64,000 nt of DNA from Eledone cirrhosa. Taxonomy: Eukaryota. The DNA lies in NCBI GenBank assembly GCA_964016885.1, contig OZ024758.1:32488001-32552000 (forward strand), given 5' to 3'. The notes beneath the pieces were generated by a model, which saw nothing but the letters and a program-made list of their open reading frames with translations, searched no databases and was not told the origin of the DNA. Shown in pieces: positions 35,888-48,137 of this stretch. The position numbers were made by a program, and so were the translations under genes. The stretch's first letter is position 1; every line of letters begins with the position of its first letter.

Positions 35888-36820
35888 TTCTAGCGGCTTT
35901 CCGCCTACATTAGTAATCTTCTCTGGCTTCTTAATATTCTCTATCAGACATTTTGTCTTAATCTCATTCATTCTCAGCCCCACACTCATCGACACAGTCT
36001 CAACCTCCTCAAATCCTCTGCCTCCTTCACTGTATTTGTCATCAAAACTATGTCGCCGGCAAATTCAACATCTGATACCTTTTTCGCCTTAACTCTCCTG
36101 CTCTGAGCCGGTGTTACAGTAAAGCCAGAGTCCTGATGATTCTCCAGCACAAGGCGCATACAATAGCCCAATACGATGATAAAAATATAGGGAGCCAATG
36201 TATCTCCCTGGAGCACTCCAGCCAGTATCTCAAAGAACTCTGTCATCCCATCAGGTGTAATGACTTGGGATTTGATGTTGGTGTAGAGCAAAGATTGGTA
36301 ATACAGAAGATGATGTGGTTGAGAGGAAGAGCAAAACCTGGGCGGCGTGCCACAGCTTGAGATCAGTGTGGAAGTCGGACCTTCGTAAAGACCTGAAGAT
36401 CCGTCTCTTCGTTGCTGCTGTACGTGTCTGAGACTTGGACACTGACCAAGAAACTCACTCAGATGGTGGATGGGTGTTACACGAGAGTGCTCAGGATGGC
36501 TCTGAACATTAATCAGTATACACTGAGGATAAAGAACTCAGAGCTGTATGGGAGCCTCCCAAAAGTCAGCTCAAAAGTGACACAGAGGAGACTGAGGTTA
36601 GCTGGACATGCTCACCGACATCCAGAATTGAGACTGCACTCAGTGCTCCCGTGGGAGCCCCTGCATGGACACTGGAAGAGGAAGACCTAGGTTAACATAT
36701 GTTGATGCCCTAAGGACAGACACTGGTTTCTTGGCGACGCAGGACATGACAGCGATAATGAGGGACAGAGACTGCTGGAGAGAACTCGTCCATGGATCTC
36801 GGGAATTTTACCGGCCATAG
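35888..36820 (+). mobile_element. 5'-truncated, 5'-inverted RTE-like LINE
   Basis: 35888-36293 minus: GVLQGDTLAPYIF..FAGDIVL..GLRMNEIKTK..GKPLE; 36294-36820 plus: LLYVSETWTLTK..DGCYTRVLR..RRLRLAGH; inside (TA)n. Confidence 0.85.
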
Positions 36821-37413
36821 ATATATATATATATATATATATATAAAAAAAGTAAATATCTTTAAGTTGTTTGGAAGCCTCGACAATGCAAATGGGTAAA
36901 TCTCCAGATAACAAGGTCCGGTGGTGGAGAGAGAGATGTAAGTGGGTGTACGTTGAGATGCGTGGTGTGTATAAGATGTGTGAGATGTGTAGAATGGAGG
37001 GAAGAGTATAAAGGATAAAAATAAAAATAACAACACAAGAGAGAGTTACCTTGGGAGAGATTGAATAGTCCCTATATATTTCGGATTCACATCCATCAAC
37101 TGGGGTTTTTTTCCGGGGTGGGGGAAAAGGTTGTCTGTCGGACAAGTCCGGAACGCGTCTTTCGCTGTTTGTTGTTTTGAATATCAAAAAAGCCACTCGG
37201 CAAAATATCCCCTCTACCTCCATCCCATCCCATCCTACCCCCATCTTGACCCACCTCATGGTACTGTCGTTATGTAAGTACTTCTTACCTATCTGCTTTT
37301 TCCACATGTATAACTTACTTGAACTGTGCCTCGATGTATGTATATATATGTGTGTGTGTGTATAAATGTTGTATATTTGCGTACGTATGTGTATATATAT
37401 ATTTGTGCATATA

Positions 37414-37458
<45 letters not shown>

Positions 37459-37649
37459 AAGCAAATTATAAACGTAAACATGTAAGTATGTTTTTGAAAC
37501 GGTGCGCGAGTTTGAAATTAGAAATTATAAGCTTTCACCGTATTTTAGACTAAAGAAATTTCTAGCCTGATAGTGGGGTTTATAACCCTCGGAGAAATGG
37601 AAAAAGATGAGTGTTGCCGTACATATAAATATATATATATATATAAGTA

Positions 37650-38839
37650 TCTATAATATAAAGCTGACGGCCGTATGTATGTAACAAACTTTTTGGCAAA
37701 CGGCTGGACCAAACAACACCAAATTTCCACCATAGATGTAACTTTTTCCAAGTAAAAAAGTGAGGGTATTTTTGTCTACTGAACTTTGTTAAAAGATTAA
37801 AGACATTATTTAAATTTCAACACTACCGGTTATACGACATTCCTCACTTTTTATTAGTCTGTCTTTTTAGATAAATACATAGCTATGACGTCGCACACTT
37901 ATAATATGTCTCTGTATGTCTGGCTGTCTGCATTAGATAACGTTTTTCGAAATATTTACTTCTGCGTTTACAGATTGATTTTTTTAGTTTCAGAAGATCC
38001 CGTTAAGGGTGAAAGCAGCGATTCTTTGCTTAAACTTTAATCTGTTATTTTAATATATATATTTGTGTACAGATATTTTTGCATACACAAAAACAAAAAC
38101 CTATTTATTTCATGAAAGCAGATACATGCGCACATTTAAAGTACAGGGCCAAGTGTATCACACGATTGGAAGTCTCCTATCTCTAACCTATGAAGACCAC
38201 GACTTTTTACAAATCTACTTCATTGGAGATGCAGATTCACATGCGATACATCACCATCGGGCCATCCCAGGAACCAGACTTGAAAACATTCGCCAGTTAC
38301 AGGACATATTAAGCGACTTCAGTTTCCAATAAGACTAAGCTTCACGATTACCATCAACAAAGCTCAGGGTAAAAGTGGCTGGCCTTCATCTGGGAAAACC
38401 ATGCTTCTCCCATGGTCAATTGAATGTAGGATGCTCTAGGGTTAGCTCGCCTAACAATCTCTTCATCTTTGCTCCCGAGGGCCGAACAAAAATATTGTAT
38501 ACTCTGAGGCTCTAACAATGTAATTTATGTATTTTCTGTTACTTGGAATTTCCATTATGGTTGTACAAATTATTGTAAAGTTTGTAAAAAATTTGTTCTC
38601 TGTTCAGCCTTTATTGTTGTAACTATCAATTTTCTTTAAAATACTGTCTGCTGAATTGGGGAATCCTAAAAACTATTCAAACCCAACATGAGAGCACATT
38701 AACCCCCACCAACCCCCTCACCACAACCTCGCAGACTTGAGAGGGTGTGCAGTATCTTTGCACTGGAGTGGAGGGGGGAATGCTGAAAAGATAAAATGCT
38801 GGTATACCTAGCCGGGCGCCAGCCGGATGGGCCAGCTAG
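37650..38839 (+). mobile_element. Non-autonomous Helitron (A|TC ... hairpin-CTAG|T) with Rep/Hel remnants
   Basis: 5' TCTATAATATAAAG; TFKVQGQVYHTIGSLL..FLQIYFIGD (Helitron N-terminal region); TINKAQG..CFSHGQL..SRV (Pif1); 3' GCCGGGCGCCAGCCGG..GCTAG. Confidence 0.9.
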
Positions 38840-38867
38840 TATATATATATATATGTGTGTGTATATA

Positions 38868-38919
<52 letters not shown>

Positions 38920-38920
<1 letters not shown>

Positions 38921-40770
38921 GATAACAAGTTATCTTTATAGGTAATCCAGTTAGCGGTTGTGAGTACTCTGTATGTGGATAGTTTTAACGTATGGTGTTG
39001 TTTGACTCAACAAGAGGTTTCCATAGTTAGGTAGTGAGTTCGCGAGAATTCCTATGCAGGTGATTCTTGGAGTAATAATAGTGAAAGATTGAAGAATAAC
39101 ATGGTCAGCTGTACAAAAAGGGTTTTATTTCAAGTATTAATTGTTTCATTGATCAGGTGAGTCTAAAGACCACTAATCACTCAAAGTTGCATCACTCGAC
39201 CTTAAATACAGTGTTTACCTCTGATCAAATCATCGGAATACTGGAGGTATTACATATGGCATTGGTATATATATACAACGGAGAATCAAAACAATAACAT
39301 TAATAATAAAAGATAATGTTAAAGAGGTAAAGAAGTTACAGATGTAAAAAAAAATAAGTAAAAAAATAATAATAAGTACAGAATACAATAGCTGATAATA
39401 GTGGTGGTAGTGAGTAAGCTTATGTGTAAAGATGTGGTGAGGGTGGAGATAATACTAACACGAAAAGCAACATTAGATACATACATACATACTTGGTGGT
39501 CAAATCTCAGAGGGTTATAAGTAGAGAATAAAATGACAGATAAAAGATAAAAAATAATAAATTAAAAATTAAGTGAGAGGGGAAGAGATACGAGGATGAG
39601 ACATAAGGGGTAGGGCTAAGGATGGGGAAGGAGTAGATAGAGGATAAAAATTGAGAGGAAGAGTTTTGATATATGTGTGTGTGTGGTAAATGACTAGCAT
39701 GCTGATTGTCTTATCTTAATGGAGTTGGTGTGGCTTTAGGGAGAGAGAGTAAAAGAAAGGTTAGGAGATTTATGATGTTGATCTAGTGACCAGTTGGTCA
39801 GTTGACAGCTAATAACAGTGGGGTGGTATGTAGTTAGTACATTAAAATCCGGGTGGTTCAGCTCGAATTTTGGGATTGCTGGATCGAATCATGTTGGTTT
39901 GAAATTTGTGAACTTGGTAGCTGCTTTGTGCCTACAGAACATTGATCGTCGTTCTATTTTGTTGTTAAGCAGCATCTTATCATACTTTAAACTATGGAAC
40001 AGCTACATATTGCAAAGTCCGCAGTGGGACATTTCATTGTTGTAGGCCCTTGTTCCCGATAATTTCGACCAGCTAATCCTGTATTCTTGGTTTGTGTCCT
40101 TGAGCTGCTGGATTTAATTGGCCAGCGTTGTTGAGTTCTCTAGTTTATGGTTCTTCATAGAGTGTCTGTGAACGTACCATATTATTTTAACTCCCCAGGC
40201 TTGGAACCTATGTAGTGCCATGTTAAGTTGCCCGAATTTATAGTACACAGGTACACTATACTTGATTCCAGGTATCTATTTTGTAGTGGGCATTTATCCG
40301 GCAGGTGGCAGTTACAGCTGGGGGCCTTCCTGTGTGCAGGTTCTCCGTTGCGGTTTTGTATGTTGTTATGGATGGGCTGAGATTTAGGCTTATTGATGTT
40401 TTGTTGAGATGTGCCCAGACGTGTTTGTGGTTGTGATGTTGTTATGTGTTTGTGTTTTGTATTTGATGCTATGGTGTATGTTGGTAGATTATTTTCTTCT
40501 GTAGTTGACTTTATGTATGTGTGATTCTATGTTGGCTGCAGTAGAGTAAGAGAGTTTGATAGTGTTTCTGAGGGATATACTATGTCCTATAGAGTTAATT
40601 ATGGAGCGAGCGTGGTTTGAGTTATAACTAATGTAGGCTAGATACTCTTTATTTTTATGGAGAAGCTCTATTAGTCCTGTGTTTAGTTTGAGTGTTACAT
40701 CTAAGAAGTTTGCATTTTTAGAGTTAAGTGCGAAAGTGATACCTAGGCCTAGTTTGTTGTAGTTTATGAA
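38920..40770 (-). mobile_element. Decayed Penelope-like element (Neptune type): RT thumb, GIY-YIG and 3' terminal region
   Basis: NANFLDVTLKL..YISYNSNH..SISLR (ORF 40489-40866); my translation of 40325-40200 minus gives SCNCHLPDKCPLQNRYLESSIVYLCTINSGNLTWHYIGS. Confidence 0.85.
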
Positions 40771-41415
40771 GCTGTGGTCATTTCCAACCGACCAAATCAA
40801 CCACAGGAGGTCAAATCCTATGTGGGTATGGCGGAGGGCCAATTTAAGGAACGCTTCCTGAACCACCAGTCAACCTTTAGGTACCCGGACAGACGTTCAT
40901 CCACGAAACTCACGAGCCACGTATGGTCCCTCAAGGACTCAAGTATAGACTACTCCATTCAATGGAAAGCCATCACTAAGTCCAAGCCATACACAAGGAG
41001 CAATCTGTCATGTGGGCTATGTATTGATGAACGAATAAAGAGATTGCGCAATAATGATTGCCTAAACTCGAGGAATGAATTCTTCACACGTCCACATGTC
41101 TGGAAACACCTCTTACATAACTACAAAGCTCCGGATTGAATTACAACAACATCCTAATTTTCTTATCAACTAGAAACTTTCGGACTTTCGCAGTTATCTC
41201 CCTAACACCTCTCACACGCAATTTAGTATTGCCTGTGTGAAGTGATCTTTTCTGCGCATGCGCGTTCGTACGGTTGTCCTTCCTGTTCCGTATAACCATG
41301 TCCATTACGAGCTGAGGATCCGCTAAGGTGAAACAATTGTTCTCGGTATGGTGAACTAACTGTTGTGTAACCACTTCTACCTAACTCGTCCCATGCCCTG
41401 CCACTACGGATATTA
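40771..41415 (+). mobile_element. Penelope-like element 3' end (Neptune-type GIY-YIG endonuclease plus pLTR)
   Basis: ORF 40774-41139 SYVGMAEGQFKERFLNHQSTF..TKLTSHVW..IQWK..CGLCIDE..LNSRNE; HHR downstream. Confidence 0.9.
41308..41345 (+). ncRNA. Minimal hammerhead ribozyme in a Penelope pLTR
   Basis: CGAG-CTGAGGA-TCC(GCTAA)GGT-GAAAC-AATT-GTT-CTCG; palindromic stem III ACAATTGT. Confidence 0.75.
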
Positions 41416-41889
41416 CCTTCCAGTGTTCTACCACTATATATATATGTATATGTGTATATATGTGTGTGTGTATATATATATATATATGTATGTATATGTA
41501 TATATATGTGTATATATATATAAATATGTGAAGACTAAAATCTGAATAAATATGATAAAAATATATATACATACATGTACGTATATGTGTGTGTATGTAT
41601 GTGTACACATGTGTGCGTATACATGTGTATATATATATATGTGTGTGTGTATGTATATATATATAAATATGTATATACATATATATGTGCGTGGGTATGT
41701 ATGTATGTATAGATAGGCCCCTGAGTAGTCCAGTAAGATGATCTCTCTAGTGCTGGTGGCACGAATAAAAGCACCCAGTCCATGCTGTAAAGTGGTGCTG
41801 GTGTTAGGAAGGCATCCAACCAATATATATACTAATGCCAAAAGTTATGAGCACAACAAATGAGAATTGCAACAACTGCTTAAACAGCA

Positions 41890-44800
41890 ATAACACTAAC
41901 CATGTTAGGGCTGCGCACGGTAGTGGGGTGGCTAGTGAGGCCATGTGTGAGAACCCTCCCGAGCGTCATCAAGCAATCGCACAGCAGGGAAAAGAATGAG
42001 ACGTCGCATCTCAGAGTTGCCACACTTAATGATGGCACTCTAACAGGTAGATCTGGTGAGATAGCGGAGATACTGGAGAAAAGGCAGGTGGATGTGTGCT
42101 GTGTGTAAGAGGTGAGACGGAGAGATGCCTCTGCAAGACTAATCGCAGGCAAACATCGTAGTTATAAGCTTTTCTGGGTGGGTAATGATAATGGGTTTAG
42201 GGGAGTAGGCATTTTCCTGGCTGAGAGATAGATCAATAGGACAATAGAGGTAGTTCGAGTTAATAATCGAATAATTAAGCTTAGATTAGTTGTAGGCAGG
42301 AGACTACTGACAATCATCTCTGCCTATGTTCCCCAAGCAGGCCTAGGCAAAGAAGAGAAAGACTGCTTTTACGAGCAACTTTTACAAACAGCCGCAATGA
42401 CAGAGGACGGAGACATCGTTATGCTAGCAGGGGTCTTCAATGGTCATGTTGGATGTTCAATTTTGTGATGCACATGCACTACTAACTTCCAGAAACCTAC
42501 CAGCCACCTAATAACCTACAAATCAGGCGAGCACATAAGCCAGATTGACTTCTTGCTAGTTAGGCAATGAGACCGATAGATGGTGTCAAATACTAAGGCA
42601 TACCCCGGAGAAGAATGTACCCCACAGCATAGGTTAGTCATTAGTGACATCTCAGTAAGCAAGAGACAGGAAGGTGTGGAAAAGAAAGGTCTGGAAGCTA
42701 AAAGACCTTTCACTAAAATATAAATTTATAAAGCCCTTCAAGACGTGTATGACGAAAAAGAAGATGATTTAGAGTCGTATGACATAGATGATAACTGGAA
42801 TTTCTTACGTGACAACTTACTACAGGCTACTGAAGAAATTTGCGGCCGGAGCAGAGCTCCATCTAGACAAAGAGTGACCTGGTGGTGGAACAGCACAGTA
42901 GATAAGGCCATTAGAGACAAAAGACTAGCATGGAAGGCTTGGAAAAATGGTGGGAGTAGAGAAGGATACACAGCCGCTAAGAGAGAAGTTAGACGTCAGG
43001 TGTATTTAACATGCAGGGAGGCTGAGAGTAGGAGGTTTGCCAATGTTCTGCGACGGGTAGATCAGAGGCGTGCGGTGTTCCACATTGCAAGGCAGTGTGT
43101 CAATGCAAATCACGATGTTGTTGGAGATAAATGTATCTGGGATGATGCCGGTGTACTTAGTGTCACGAATGATCAGAAAAAGGAGGCCTGAAAATGTCAT
43201 TATGAAAGACTGATGAATGTGGAGAATGAATGTGAGAGAGAGAAATTACACCCAGTAGATCTGACAGAGGGACCAGCTATTGAGATTGACTAATATAGGG
43301 TCCAAGAGGCAATTAAGGAAATGTAAAATGGTAAGGTGCTGGACCGTCGGGGATAGTTGCTGAGATGCTGAAGGCATCAGGAGAAGTAGGCACTAAACTG
43401 GTGGCATGCATCATCAATGAAGCTATATATGGTGGTGTCATACCCAAAGACTGGTGCAGCAGTATTCTCATAAATTGCTATAAAGGTAAAGGCGATGCTC
43501 TGGAGAGGAGCAATTATAGGGGTACAAAGCTGATGGATCAGGTTATGAAAGTGGCAGAGAGAATATTAGAGCAACTGTTTAGAGAAAGGGTCAGATTAGA
43601 TGAGGTGCAGTTTGGTTTTGTGCCTCGGAAAAGTACAGCAGATGCCCTCTTCTTAGTGAGACAATTGCAAGAGAGGTTCTTAGAGAAGAATAAGCCACTA
43701 TACTTAGCCTTTGTTGACCTAGAGAAGGCCTTTGATAGGGTGCCCCAATCTGTCATCTGGTGGTCCCTAAGGAAACTAGGTGTTCAGGAATGGCTTGTGA
43801 GGACAGTGCAAACTTTGTACAGAGGTGCTGTCAGTAAAGTCAGGGTAGGAATGGAGTTTAGTGAAGAATTCCAGATACAAGTAGGAGTACATCAAGGTTC
43901 AGTCCTCAGCCCGCTCTTGTTCATTATAGTCCTCCAAGCCATAACAGAGGAGTTTAAGACTGGCTGTCCATGGGAACTTCTCTATGCTGACGATCTGGTT
44001 CTTATAGCAGAATCAGTAGAGGAGCTAGAGAATAAATTCTGGCTATGGAAACAGCAGTTGGAAGCAAGAGGACTGAGGGTGAACCTAGCTAAGACAAAAG
44101 TGTTGATGAGTAGAAGAGAGGACAAAACTCTGATGTCGACAAGGAAATGGCCATGTTCGATATGCAGAAAAGGAACTGGCATAAATTCTATAAAATGTAC
44201 ACAATGCAGATCTTGGGTACATGGGAGATGTAGTGAGATAGCAGGCAAACTAACAGGTAAGGAAAAATACGTATGCAGTAGATGTACAGGGAAATTTGAC
44301 AGTAGAAGTCGCATTGATAGACACATTTCTCAAATGCAGGTAGGATCTATAGAAGTGGTTGATAGCTTCCAGTACCTAGGTGATCAGATTAGCATGGTAG
44401 GAGGGTGTTCTGGGGCCATAGTATCTAGAGTAAGGATGGGTTGGAAGAAGTTTAGGGAGCTGCTTCCTCTGCTGACGAAGAAGGGTTTCTCCCTGCGTAT
44501 GAAAGGCCGGTTATATGATGCCTGTGTGAGGTGCGTGATGCTGCATGGTAGTGAGATATGGGCAGCAACTGCAGAGGATATGCAACGGCTGGAGGGAAAT
44601 GAAGCAAGCATGCTCCGTTGGATGTGCAATGTCATTCTGTCTGAACGACCGAGCATGGATGAGTTGAGAGAGAAACTGTGTTTAAGAGGGATAAGTTGTA
44701 GTGTGCGGAAGAGTAGACTGCGATGTGATGTGCATGGAGGATGACCCATGGGTGAAGAAGTGCCAAAAAATCCCAGTAGAATGAAGACGCAGTAGAGGAA

Positions 44801-44966
44801 GACCAAGAAAAACATGGGCGGAGGTGGCGAGAGCAGACCTCAGATCGCTGAAGCTCACGGTGGAGATGACGAAGGACCGTGTCCAGTGGAGAGATGCTGT
44901 GCTGAATAGGACCCATCCCACTCCTGCAAGCAGGGAAAATCGGACGTAAAATGATGATGCTGATGA
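41890..44966 (+). mobile_element. Full-length decayed RTE LINE (APE, RT and Cys-rich insert) with a (GAT)n tail
   Basis: VATLNDGTLTGRS..DVCCV; VTWWWN; NYRG, QFGF, FVDLEKAFDRVP, GVHQGSVLSPLLF, YADD, WPCSIC..CTQC..WVH..C..CSRC; ends GGACGTAAAATGATGATG. Confidence 0.93.
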
Positions 44967-45239
44967 TATGTGTGTGTATATGTGTTATATTTATATATGT
45001 GTGTGTGTATTTGTAATATATATATATATCGAAAGGTTGTGAGTTCAATTCTCAGACCGGGTGATGTGTTGTTTGCTGCTTGCTGTCCCAGTGCAGCTGC
45101 TACATATGAAGCCTACATTCTTAGTTAAGCTTCCTGAGATCCCGCTACATCTCTTGTGTACCCATTGTTTGCATTTAGGGCAGAGGATGGAGTTATATAT
45201 ACACATATACATACATATGTGTGTGCGTGTGCTTGTATG

Positions 45240-45433
45240 AAGGCATATGGCTTAGTTGCTAGAGTGTTAGGCTTGCAATCATGATGTTGTGAGTTTGATT
45301 CTTGGCTCAGGCCATGTGTTGAGAACATCAGTAGCATGGAGAGGGGAGACTTGTGTACATTGTCCAGACTTGTGCTTCGGAGGGGGAACTTTCTAGGTAC
45401 AAATTCCATGATCATAGGTGACTGAAGGGGGTC
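45240..45433 (+). mobile_element. tRNA-derived SINE, internally deleted
   Basis: GGCATATGGCTTAGTTG..GTGAGTTTGATTC..ACTTTCTAGGT..GACTGAAGGGGGTC. Confidence 0.7.
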
Positions 45434-45466
45434 TTTATCTATATACATTTGTATGTGTGTCTATAC

Positions 45467-46895
45467 CAGGGGTCGGTAACCCCCGGCCCGTGGGCCACAT
45501 CCGGCCCTGGAGTGATTTTTGTCCGGTCCACCATCTTACACTAATTATCTAATTAGTATCGAATACAGATACAGTAGTTCACTTCAAGGTTGTGCTGACC
45601 TGATGCCCATCACAAATCGCTGTTCATACCGTATATATTTACAGATACCTTTGTAACCTTATTATACTTTCCATTTATTATTATTTCCTCTTATCCATCT
45701 TTTTCTGGGTTTTCTGCCAAGCATTATATCACCTGTGTTATTAAGTATTATATCACCTGTATTATTATTTCCTGTGTTTTTGTTCCAGTCAACAAACACA
45801 AATGTTGGCTGGGAGGTATACTACCTTACGGTTCGCATGACTCACTTTTATACCCATATTGTCATTCAATAAAATCACTCATGAATTATTGTCGTTTTCG
45901 TTTGCCTGTCCTTACCTGTGCCCCCCGGCACAAGGTAAAGTTGTCCTTGGGAAAATTACTTCGTTCCCTCCTCCCTAGAGTATTTTCATTTGAGTTTGTT
46001 GTCTGCTGGTATAACAACTATACAGTAGGTATCTTTACTCGATAATAATGTTTATTTAATTATTTGTGATAAATTGTGTGAATTATTATTATTATAATTA
46101 GGCCAAAAGTGGTTTAAAAAAACAAATGGCAACCCTGATCTAACAACGTCGTTAGAAACCTTTATTCACAATTATCATATTTTATCGCATTACTGTATTT
46201 GCATTTACATTTGTTTTCATTGTTTCTTATTTCTTCATTCTGATTATTATACTTTTTGTTCTTTTTCCTTTCCATAAATCTTTTTTGTTTGAACAAAAAC
46301 AAGCCCATGGAAGCTAACAAAAGAAAAGTGGATTTGGAGTGCTGAACTTTTAACGATGGCTGTTTTTTCATTGAGCACTTCGGAAAATGTGTTTGCTCCT
46401 ACAAGAAATATATATTGCCAAGAGGAAAATATAAAAACATCTTGACTCATGCGAAACTGATGATATCATTATTTGGAAGTACATATGCTTGTGAACAACT
46501 TTTTTCCAAAATGAAATATACTAAGTCATTTAAGAACAAGGTTGTGACGACTACCTGAATGATGTTTTGCTCCTGTCATCGACAAATATTTCACCTGATG
46601 TGGAGAAGTTATCCCACAATAAGCAGAAACAAGTGTCTCATTAAATTATTTACCATTTCTAACTGTATTTCATTTGTAGCAAGGAATTTGCTTTTTTTTT
46701 GTTGATTGTGATAGTAGTTGTTTTTCTGTTATTCCTGCAGTAAAATAAGGGGCCTTGTTAAAATAAAATTATATTAAATTTCTTGTTTTGCTTTAAACCT
46801 TCAGAAAATTTATTTACATATTTAATAACATGGCCCTCCTCCATGACACTACATAGCTGTTTGGCCCTTTCTTTCCAAAAGGTTGCCGACCCCTG
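45467..46895 (+). mobile_element. hAT (Charlie/SPIN-type) deletion derivative with transposase remnants
   Basis: TIRs CAGGGGTCGGTAACC / GGTTGCCGACCCCTG; perfect 8-bp TSD GTCTATAC; remnants KRKVDLEC and FGSTYACEQLFSKMKYTKS..KQKQVSH*. Confidence 0.93.
45589..46018 (+). mobile_element. Possible solo-LTR-like insert inside the hAT element
   Basis: GTTGT...ACAAC ends, internal AATAAA near 45868; no clear TSD. Confidence 0.3.
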
Positions 46896-47101
46896 GTCTA
46901 TACTTATATTTATACACACATACATACATATATATGCACACACACACACACACACCAGTATAATGATGGTATACACTTTTGTTTAATTGATTTTTTTGAG
47001 TCAGAAATATTGTTTTGAAGATATTCTTCAGGATATTCTTCTTGACAATTTATTTAAATTTGTCCAGTGTTAAATACATCACTAAAGTTTATCTATGACC
47101 A

Positions 47102-47659
47102 TTAACCCTTTAGCATTTAAACTGGCTCAGAATTCTCTCACCTCATTCTGTTCAAACCAGCTGTAACTGGCTGCTCATACTGATGTTAAGTTATTGTTCT
47201 CAAAATAAATATCAAAATCTCATAGATTATGTGAGATAATTATGTGAGGTAAAGCCTTTACCATGAAAATATAATAGTAAATATAGAGTAATGTAAATGT
47301 TATGTGAGATATTATGTGAGGTAAAGCCTTTACCATGAAAATACAATAGTATATATAGAGTAATGTAAATGTTATGTGAGGTAAAGCCTTTACCATGAAA
47401 ATACAATAGTATATATAGAGTAATGTAAATGTTATGTGAGATATTATGTGAGGTAAAGCCTTTATTGTGAAAATACAATAGTAAATTCAGAGTAATGTAA
47501 ATGTTATGTGAAATGTTATGTGAGGTAAAGCCTTTACCATGAAAATACAATAGTATATATAGAGTAATGTTAATGTTATGTGAGATATTATGTGAGGTAA
47601 AGCCTTTACCATGAAAATACAATAGTATATATAGAGTAATGTAGATGATAAAGGGCTAA
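47102..47659 (+). mobile_element. piggyBac-type MITE with 6 minisatellite units
   Basis: TTAA-CCCTTTAGCATTTAAAC ... GTAGATGATAAAGGG-CTAA; 60/72-bp units at 47228-47645. Confidence 0.88.
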
Positions 47660-47944
47660 TGTATGTTTGAATAATTCAACAATAAATTTAACCTAGTTAT
47701 TATTATCAAAGTATATTGAAGAACATTCTAAAGAACATTCTGGAAATGTTTTAATATTCCAAAGTATAGATAATAATGGAGTGAAAGTCCTATTTTCAAA
47801 TCTTGCAGGCTGGAGGAAAAATATGAAGAATGTTTCACATAGATACTTGTTATTCATGGCCACACTCAGCGCCCCCAACCCTATTTCCAGAGAGACCTTG
47901 TAAATAATATATAATAAATAAAATTGTCAATTTATATATAATAA

Positions 47945-48137
47945 ATAATTGTTTCTACTTTTGGCACAAGGCCAGCAATTTCCCAGTGTATTACTGGTAC
48001 TTTATTTTATCGACCCCGTAAGGATGAAAGGCAAAGTTAACCTCGGCGGGATTTGAACTCAGAATGGCAAGGGCCGTAACTCTATGCGTCAAAGCATGGC
48101 GTCCGACCCTCTACCGATACTGCCAATTCACCGCCAT
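47945..48137 (-). mobile_element. Full-length Nin-like SINE
   Basis: Reverse complement GGCGGTGAATTGGCAGTATCGGTAGAG...GAGTTCAAATCCCGCCGAGGTTAACTTTGCCTTTCATCCTTACGGGGTCGATAAA. Confidence 0.88.

Noticed and set aside
37125-37165. GGAC(AA)GTCC-GGAAC-GC-GTC hammerhead-like remnant
   Set aside because: CUGANGA box absent and GAAA mutated
36687-37481. 264-aa minus ORF
   Set aside because: Runs through microsatellite, antisense RTE and low-complexity sequence; no domain signal
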